IMG/VR virus record: IMGVR_UViG_3300031578_000001
Reading direction: 5' to 3' (one strand)
DNA length: 64,000 bases
From: a virus
A program made the position numbers and the translations under genes. A model generated the notes under the pieces. That model did no database searches. It worked only from the letters and a program-made list of their open reading frames with translations, and had not been told where the DNA came from. This document shows, piece after piece, positions 55,007-61,625 of this stretch. Positions within the stretch are counted from its first letter, which is position 1; every line of letters starts with the position of its first letter.

Positions 55007-55371
55007 ACGGAGATCGGAACTGCGATGAAGGTCCTGCTCGGTATGAACGTCCCCCTCCTCTCGAACCCGAAGACAAAAGCGGGGTCGAGACTATCCTCTT
55101 CAGCGTGCAGGATCAACTTCTCTATGTCGGCGAGCTTGATCGAAATGGACTTTCCTATCGTCCCTTTCGCCTGGATCAGGAGACCTTCGTCCTTCAAGTC
55201 CTCTCGCTCGATGCAGCCAGATCCGGACCCGGATTGCCGGGAACAGGAGAGCATCCACTCGAGAAGATTCTCGAATCGCTCTCCTCTCTCCCGGTTATCC
55301 TTGTTGGTCTTCGATCTCTTCTCCGAGGCTTTCTTTGAGCCAACTCGAGTCCTCTCCCTCTTCTCGATCAT
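54988..55371 (-). CDS. Hjc-like PD-(D/E)xK nuclease/Holliday junction resolvase (~127 aa; longer start at 55470 possible)
   Basis: RGERFE..SRQSGSG..EDL..IQAK pattern; GGAGAGG RBS before MIEKR. Confidence 0.65.
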   Translation of the reverse strand: MIEKRERTRVGSKKASEKRSKTNKDNRERGERFENLLEWMLSCSRQSGSGSGCIEREDLKDEGLLIQAKGTIGKSISIKLADIEKLILHAEEDSLDPAFVFGFERRGTFIPSRTFIAVPISVWMKRK

Positions 55372-56812
55372 CTTCTGCCTCTCCGGATAGATCGACTTCA
55401 CCGGGAGACTCATTGACGATTTTTTCGCTTTCTGCGACGAAGGGGTCGAGTCCGAACGGTGAGTATTCATAGTGAGATTTCCTCAGGTGATCCTTGGCGG
55501 TGACAGGGAGCATTTCGCGGAAAATCAGGTATCTCGCGATATATCCAATATCTCTCCTCATCAGGAACGAACGCATCTCAGCCACTTTCTTGAACTCCCT
55601 GCCAAGGACTGTATGGGCGTTCTTAGTTTTACGGTAGTAGCCGAGCGCCTCCAAGTAGGAGAAGAGCCTGTCGTAGTCGTTGGTGTCTCCGGCCGTGAGG
55701 AAGCCGTGCTTGGTTTTGACCGTGTCGAGGTAGAGGCGGTAGCTGCCCTGCCCGAGTGGAGGTCCGGCAGCCTTTCCCTTCTTTGCCTCGAACTTCACGT
55801 CAATAAACCTCGCGGACTTATCCGCACCAACCCTCGACGCTCTGGCATCGAAGTCCGGTGTGGCCGATATGATGCGCATCTCGAGGTCCTGGCTATATTG
55901 GGCCTTCTTTCCGCCCGAAGGACGTCGTGGATCCTGCTTCGGATTCTTCACAGGACCAAGATAGAATTGGTTGGTCCAGATCACTGTCGCTCTGGCATTG
56001 AAGTCCTGCTTGGCCACTATCTGAGCGTTGACGATCTTCTTCAAGCCCTCGGAGGCGAGCCTGGCGAGGGGAGAGATACGTGCCTCCCCTACGCCAGGCC
56101 CAAGGGTCTCCCGAGGAGTGAGCATGGCCAGTGAGTCGAACGTGACGACGTCAACGGCTCCGTGCAGGATGGCGTCTACCGCGAAATCGAACGCGGCGTT
56201 TCCGTCCCTTGGAAGTGCCACCCAGAACGTCTCGTCGTCACTTTTGATGAGGTCGAAACCTTTCTTCTGGATGATGTCGTCCCCGACTCTGACGCCCCAT
56301 CTGCGAGCCCATGGAGGATCGAAGCAATCTTCCACGTCAATGTGGAGTACAACCATGGGACTGTTCTTACCGCATTTGCACGTTACGATCACTTCTCCGG
56401 TCTCCGGAGAAACCCAATCAATGATCGGCATGAAGCATTCGCGGCAGGTGTTCTGGGCGGCGCCAGCAAGGATTAGTGTGGTGACGGTCTTTCCGGTGGA
56501 TTCGTCCCCGATGATGCAGATTCGTTTTCCGAAGGCCGGCTTCAGAACCAGATCGATGTCTACCAGCGGGGTATAGATCCGATTCACGGCGAAGATTTCG
56601 TACTGTTCCGGGGTGACAAGGAAGCTGGATCCTGTGTCCTTGATGAACTGCTGGTTGACTTCCCCCATCGACATCCGGACCCGAGGTTCCGCCTTCTCCT
56701 TATCCTCTCCGGAGGTTTTCTTGGACGTCTTTCTGGGCGCGGATTTCTTCTTGACGGCTTTCTTGGCCGCCGGTTTTCCGGCCTTCTTTTTAGACGTCTT
56801 TTTCCTCGCCAT
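55295..56812 (-). CDS. recA: RecA/UvsX-like recombinase with basic N-terminal tail and Zn-ribbon insertion (505 aa)
   Basis: Walker A GDESTGKT, HIDVEDCFDP..WGV, TFDSLAML, IWTNQ, SGGKK. Confidence 0.88.
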   Translation of the reverse strand: MARKKTSKKKAGKPAAKKAVKKKSAPRKTSKKTSGEDKEKAEPRVRMSMGEVNQQFIKDTGSSFLVTPEQYEIFAVNRIYTPLVDIDLVLKPAFGKRICIIGDESTGKTVTTLILAGAAQNTCRECFMPIIDWVSPETGEVIVTCKCGKNSPMVVLHIDVEDCFDPPWARRWGVRVGDDIIQKKGFDLIKSDDETFWVALPRDGNAAFDFAVDAILHGAVDVVTFDSLAMLTPRETLGPGVGEARISPLARLASEGLKKIVNAQIVAKQDFNARATVIWTNQFYLGPVKNPKQDPRRPSGGKKAQYSQDLEMRIISATPDFDARASRVGADKSARFIDVKFEAKKGKAAGPPLGQGSYRLYLDTVKTKHGFLTAGDTNDYDRLFSYLEALGYYRKTKNAHTVLGREFKKVAEMRSFLMRRDIGYIARYLIFREMLPVTAKDHLRKSHYEYSPFGLDPFVAESEKIVNESPGEVDLSGEAEDDREEGEDSSWLKESLGEEIEDQQG

Positions 56813-56842
56813 ATTCTTCTCCTCGTACCCAGTCACTTGGTA

Positions 56843-57376
56843 CTACGCCTGCGGGGTGCTGGGGAAGCCCGGGATTTGCCCTTGTGCCTGGCCCTGATCG
56901 GGCGTGAAGCCCTGTTGCGGAGCGGCGGCCTGCGGTGCCGTGGCCCAGCAAGGACCGAAACCGGAGCCGATGCTGATTCGGTTCATGGTGTCCTGGATCT
57001 TCACGACCATTCGAGGGAACAGATTGTCGATGTTATCCTCGAAAGGCTTCCCAGTGGGGAGGATGGGGATGTCGATTCCGACCTCGAGGGAGCTGTAATC
57101 CCCGAAGACGCCCGAGAGCTTCTCGCTGATGCGGAATACCATGGGGGCGTGGATCTGGATGACCGTGGGCTGCACTTCAGCGGGCTTGGTGGATTTCTTG
57201 GGTTCCGCCTTCAAGGCGGTTCCGGATTTCTTCTTGGCCATGAGTTCCTCCATGTCTTGTTCGATCTCGAACGATTCCTTGAGAAGAATCTCGTCCGGCT
57301 GTCCAGTCACATGCCTAATAGCAATGATGGAGCCGAGCAAGGAGATCCGATGTGTCCCGACAGATGACGATTCCAT
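56843..57376 (-). CDS. hypothetical protein with Gln/Pro/Gly-rich tail (177 aa; alternative start MAKKK at 57241)
   Basis: RBS GAGGGG; C-terminal QQGFTPDQGQAQGQ tail resembles SSB-type linkers. Confidence 0.55.
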   Translation of the reverse strand: MESSSVGTHRISLLGSIIAIRHVTGQPDEILLKESFEIEQDMEELMAKKKSGTALKAEPKKSTKPAEVQPTVIQIHAPMVFRISEKLSGVFGDYSSLEVGIDIPILPTGKPFEDNIDNLFPRMVVKIQDTMNRISIGSGFGPCWATAPQAAAPQQGFTPDQGQAQGQIPGFPSTPQA

Positions 57377-58862
57377 ACCCCTCGTTCCTATAAAACTTGA
57401 GATGACTCTCATGCTGATACCTGAAGGTATCCACCGACTGGATCAGCGGATCGATAATGATCGGCTGTCTCTTCCCCTCACGATATCGGAGCGCACGTCC
57501 GATGGTCTGCTCGACGCGGGTGACCGGCATGGCGAGCAGAGCTGCGTCCTTGTGCGGGGCGTCGATGGCATGTTCGGTATTCTTGTAGGTGGTGAACGTG
57601 AGTCTTGGCTTCAGGCACGGTTCCTTGTTCATGCCTCCGAAGAACAGAGACGCGTCCTCTTCGGGAACGCTCTTGATGATCTGCTCGTACAGGTAGGTGA
57701 GGTGATTCCTGAACTTAGAGAAGATCAGGGCGTGACGTCCGGTCTTCCAGAGTGCGTAGACGATCTGGAGGAGGAATATGTTGTAGGTGACGTCGTTGGC
57801 CAGCCTCTCCCACATTTCGCTGAACAGAATCTTGGATCCGGACCCTTCCCGGTTCTGGCAGATGTCGGTGATCTGGCACATTTTCGAGCATGCCCACTTC
57901 GATATGGGCTTATACATGGCGGTGCAGAAATAGGACGCGTGGTCCTTCTGATCGATTCTTGTGAAAAGCGGTGCGTCAATCTTGAAGACGACCGGATCCA
58001 TCGTTCTCCCCTCGAGGTGAACGATCACGGGACCGAGGCAATCCATGAACACCCATTCGAGACCATCGGCCCGGTCCGGTGTGGCAGTGAGGGAGATCGA
58101 GTATTGGAAGGAGATCCTGAAGATCGTGTCCGCGAACGTAGGGGCCGAGAATTTGTGTGCTTCGTCAACTATGAGCAGAGATGCCTGAAGGGGCTCTTCG
58201 ATGCTCCCGTTCCTGAAGAGCGTCTGAGCCATTACGATAACGATGTCGCCCCTCGTATCCACTTTAGTACGCCCAGTCGCAGGAATGCCCACTTTCTTGC
58301 ATATCTTGCGCTGGTCGGCCGTGGGCATGACGAACGAGATGGACGCGCCAGGAATGAACTTATGAATCGTCTCGGCCCATTGTTCGGCGACGTGTATCTG
58401 ATCGACGAGAACGATGGATCGGTGAGAGCAGACTTTGGCCAAGAACCATGTTCCGACCACAGTTTTCCCACTCCCGCATTTCCCCTGGATCGTGACTCCA
58501 TTCCACTTCTCGAGTGCCTTGACGGCTGCCTCGGTTCCCGCCTTCTGCTCCTCGAGGAGATCTCCTACGAACTTGAACTTGGGTTCTGGTGGCCGGTCTT
58601 GGACCGCGTGGATGATCTTGTCCGACTTAACTGCGAGACCGATGCCGACTCCAGCCGCGTACTTATACTTCGGAACGAGAAGATGCTTACCGATTGTCTT
58701 GTATACCTGGAACGTCGTTTTCTTTCCCGGGGCGGATCTCGATCTTTTTGGATCAGCGGTAAGATCCTTCTCCACCCTTGGCGTGAGTCTTGAGATAGGG
58801 ATTACGGATACGCCGCGGAAAAAGATCTCGTCACGAAACAACGGCAACTGATCTGCTTTCAT
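57315..58862 (-). CDS. superfamily II (UvsW-like) DNA helicase (515 aa)
   Basis: GKCGSGKT, IVDEAH, LTATPDRAD, QTIGRALR; ATGA coupling at 58862. Confidence 0.9.
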   Translation of the reverse strand: MKADQLPLFRDEIFFRGVSVIPISRLTPRVEKDLTADPKRSRSAPGKKTTFQVYKTIGKHLLVPKYKYAAGVGIGLAVKSDKIIHAVQDRPPEPKFKFVGDLLEEQKAGTEAAVKALEKWNGVTIQGKCGSGKTVVGTWFLAKVCSHRSIVLVDQIHVAEQWAETIHKFIPGASISFVMPTADQRKICKKVGIPATGRTKVDTRGDIVIVMAQTLFRNGSIEEPLQASLLIVDEAHKFSAPTFADTIFRISFQYSISLTATPDRADGLEWVFMDCLGPVIVHLEGRTMDPVVFKIDAPLFTRIDQKDHASYFCTAMYKPISKWACSKMCQITDICQNREGSGSKILFSEMWERLANDVTYNIFLLQIVYALWKTGRHALIFSKFRNHLTYLYEQIIKSVPEEDASLFFGGMNKEPCLKPRLTFTTYKNTEHAIDAPHKDAALLAMPVTRVEQTIGRALRYREGKRQPIIIDPLIQSVDTFRYQHESHLKFYRNEGYGIVICRDTSDLLARLHHCY

Positions 58863-59605
58863 CTGCCAGGTCCCAGAAGAGCAAAGATGGGAGTCCTGAT
58901 GAACTTCCCCTTCTTTTCCGGATGGAGCCACGTATCGAACGTAGTGCACCATTCGCGGAGTACGTCGAGGTGAGTCTTCTCGTTAGTCACGATCTCGCGC
59001 TTAGCATCTGCGAGCATGTTCTCAATGTCGGCCAGGTTGATTAACCCATCCAAGATGGGATCACGTTCCACGATCTCCCACAAACTATCTGACCTATTGT
59101 TGGAGACATTCTTGTGGTCGCAGGTACGTTCAGTCCTTCTCAAAAACTGGCATTCCACCGGCTTGTTATCGAGCAGGCATCCGTGATCCGCCAGGAACGG
59201 GCACGGAATTCCGACCTTCGCCCAGTCGTATTGAAAGACGTTGGGATCGAAGGGGTTGAAGTTACGAACTCCAGCAGCACGGCACTGATGCTGCCAGACC
59301 TGGTACACACCTTTGGACTGTTCGATCGCGTGAATCTTCGCCGGATAGTTCCTGAACATCTCCCTCGACAGATATTCCAACTCGATGCGACTCGTGATGA
59401 TCGGGATCCGGTAACAGCAGTCCGAGCATCCTGGAGGGCAAGGGAACTTAGGGAATCTGCGGCTGAGCAGGTTCCTGACCTCCTTGAGCACGGATCTGAA
59501 TGCCTTAATCTTCGTGCCGAAGCCGACCTTGTTGTTTCCTATGGTGTTGAGGTGCTTCTGCACCTTGGATTTCAGGGCATCGAAGAACGGGACCTCGTTT
59601 TTCAC
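58859..59605 (-). CDS. YkgJ-like cysteine-cluster protein (248 aa)
   Basis: CPPGCSDCC and CPFL..GC..KPVEC. Confidence 0.75.
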   Translation of the reverse strand: MKNEVPFFDALKSKVQKHLNTIGNNKVGFGTKIKAFRSVLKEVRNLLSRRFPKFPCPPGCSDCCYRIPIITSRIELEYLSREMFRNYPAKIHAIEQSKGVYQVWQHQCRAAGVRNFNPFDPNVFQYDWAKVGIPCPFLADHGCLLDNKPVECQFLRRTERTCDHKNVSNNRSDSLWEIVERDPILDGLINLADIENMLADAKREIVTNEKTHLDVLREWCTTFDTWLHPEKKGKFIRTPIFALLGPGR

Positions 59606-59607
59606 GG

Positions 59608-59862
59608 CTACTCCTCGATTTCAGGGAAGTGAATGTGGGTGCTGATCGCCCGTTCCTGGACTTCCTTCACGAACTTCTCGGCACTCTTGTCGTGCGGAGC
59701 GTCGAAGAAGATGATGATCGCGCTTCCGTCTTCGTCATCCTTGACCAAGGCAAATCCTTCCGGAAGGTTGCCCATGTCGGAGTAGAGTCTCCCATTCAAG
59801 TCGCTATCATCGATTTCGACCATTGACTGCTCCACCCGGGTCATTCTCATTTTGACCTTCAC
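59608..59862 (-). CDS. hypothetical acidic protein (84 aa)
   Basis: RBS GAGGAGG with GTG at 59862. Confidence 0.6.
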   Translation of the reverse strand: MKVKMRMTRVEQSMVEIDDSDLNGRLYSDMGNLPEGFALVKDDEDGSAIIIFFDAPHDKSAEKFVKEVQERAISTHIHFPEIEE

Positions 59863-59884
59863 GGTTCCTCCTCTTTGCAACGGG

Positions 59885-59916
59885 CCAGGAGGGCCGTCGA
59901 TGGACGACCCTCCTGG
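59885..59916. other. 14-bp intergenic stem-loop downstream of the DUF932 gene
   Basis: CCAGGAGGGCCGTC-GATG-GACGACCCTCCTGG; no U-tract on the coding (minus) strand. Confidence 0.6.
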
Positions 59917-59932
59917 TTTCCGTCAGTGCACC

Positions 59933-61177
59933 TCAGACCACCTCAACGTCAATTTGCTTCGCGAACATGACCTGCGGCATCCGCAGGACCTGGGACCCGG
60001 CTTCCTCGAGGACCACGGCCTTCTCGTAGTCCTTGTCCTTCAACTCGTGGGCCTGGAAGGTGATGGCCTGGGCCATGGCGAAACGTGTGCGCCCGTGATC
60101 TTGCGTCTCCTCGATGTACTTGGAGAGGATGCCTTTGCTGATCTCATCGCCGAAGGAGAACTTGTCGGAGATGTTCAGGATTGCCTGTTCCGGGTGATCC
60201 ACCGGCCATCCGGCGTTCTCGGCGAACAGGTCGGCGATGGCCTGGAATTTCTCGGCCACCAGGCACGCCTTAATGACGTCCCTCATGCGGGCGAAGAGGG
60301 AGGCGTTCATCTTCCGGATCGTGTCGTGGGACAAGATGTCCATGTCTTTGTACTCGGATCCCACGTGGATCTGGGAAAGTTCTTCCGTCGACACCAGTAG
60401 GTTGGTGCACGAAAAGACCAGGAGAGTGGGCACCACGACCATCTGGGCGAGGCCTACGTCGGAGTTCTTCACTCGGAGGCCGGCACCACAGGGAACACGG
60501 ATCATTTTGTGGCCGTGGCCCTTCTCTGGGAATGAGATCTCGGCCCGCATGTCGGAGAGGGTGAAGTTGAGGTGCATGCGCTCCTCGGACAGGGATCCGT
60601 CGATCTTGACGTCGTCTCGCTTAGCCTTCTCGATCTGGTCGAGGGCTATGCCGGCCACATCGAGGTTGTCGATGATCCGGTAGCCCTTGGACAGGATTGC
60701 CCGGAGAACGCCGTCGCTCCCGTTGGGCTCGAAGGCCCGGACGAGTTGGCGCTGCGTCCCGGGATCCACGCGATTTACCCTGGGTTTGGCCGTCCCGATC
60801 CGGTTGGCGATGTCGCTGTCGTGCATCCAGCGGTTAACCATGTCCGCGGCCAGATCCGGGTACTTGGCGGCCGTGAGCCGCAGGTGGTCGAGAGGGATCC
60901 TGGTGAGGTTCGAGAGATGGGTCAAGGCCACATTGGTAGGCCTGAAGGTTCCGTCGTGTCCGCTGAACGTGAACCCAAAACGGTCCCCTTCTTTTGTCCC
61001 GATGGATTTCGCCTTGAGATCATTGCGGCGGACGATGGTGTCGAATCGCGCCTTGTTCCTCGACTCCAGGGTCTTGGCCAGGTCGCTGATGGAGAGAAGC
61101 TTATTGGTTCTCTCGCCGAAAGGCTGAACGGTCGCTGCCGAGACGTCGAGTCCCGGTACCCCGTTTTTCTTCGCCAT
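59933..61177 (-). CDS. DUF932-family protein (414 aa)
   Basis: LRAILSKGYRIIDNLDV, GLRVKNSDVG..LLVFSCTNLLV; strong codon bias. Confidence 0.7.
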   Translation of the reverse strand: MAKKNGVPGLDVSAATVQPFGERTNKLLSISDLAKTLESRNKARFDTIVRRNDLKAKSIGTKEGDRFGFTFSGHDGTFRPTNVALTHLSNLTRIPLDHLRLTAAKYPDLAADMVNRWMHDSDIANRIGTAKPRVNRVDPGTQRQLVRAFEPNGSDGVLRAILSKGYRIIDNLDVAGIALDQIEKAKRDDVKIDGSLSEERMHLNFTLSDMRAEISFPEKGHGHKMIRVPCGAGLRVKNSDVGLAQMVVVPTLLVFSCTNLLVSTEELSQIHVGSEYKDMDILSHDTIRKMNASLFARMRDVIKACLVAEKFQAIADLFAENAGWPVDHPEQAILNISDKFSFGDEISKGILSKYIEETQDHGRTRFAMAQAITFQAHELKDKDYEKAVVLEEAGSQVLRMPQVMFAKQIDVEVV

Positions 61178-61205
61178 GGATTTCTCTGCTCCTATTTCGG
61201 TGTTG

Positions 61206-61625
61206 TCAATTCCTCTCCGCCTGTGTTTTCAACTCGTCGCCCACCATTGAATTCCTAAGGACGTTATCGAGTCGACGGAGTACGGACCCCATGGTGTCCG
61301 CGTCATCCTTGAGTACAATTCTCAAGAACGGCATGTCGTTCTTTAGGACTCTCCAGGTTGCGCCGGAGTCCTGGTACGGGCCTGTGCCTGGGTAGAGAGC
61401 GATGTCGTCGTAGGACTTCTTCAGCCTCAATATCATTGTGACGATGTCCGCTACGGCGTTTTGAATGAGCCCCCACTCGCCTGAGCCGTGAGTGTCTGCC
61501 TGACGTCCGTAGTTTCCGTTCTCCTTCTTCTCCCAGATGAAACTATCGAGGCCAATACGACCACCTTGGGAGAGGTGAGACGTGCACAGTATCCTGAACA
61601 AGGACTCCTCGTCCTCAAACATCAT
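61206..61625 (-). CDS. hypothetical protein (139 aa)
   Basis: RBS AGGAGG before ATG 61625, overlapping the polymerase stop. Confidence 0.6.
   Translation of the reverse strand: MMFEDEESLFRILCTSHLSQGGRIGLDSFIWEKKENGNYGRQADTHGSGEWGLIQNAVADIVTMILRLKKSYDDIALYPGTGPYQDSGATWRVLKNDMPFLRIVLKDDADTMGSVLRRLDNVLRNSMVGDELKTQAERN

Noticed and set aside
57129-58793. 554-aa plus-strand ORF opposite the helicase
   Set aside because: Antisense shadow in a uniformly minus-strand block.
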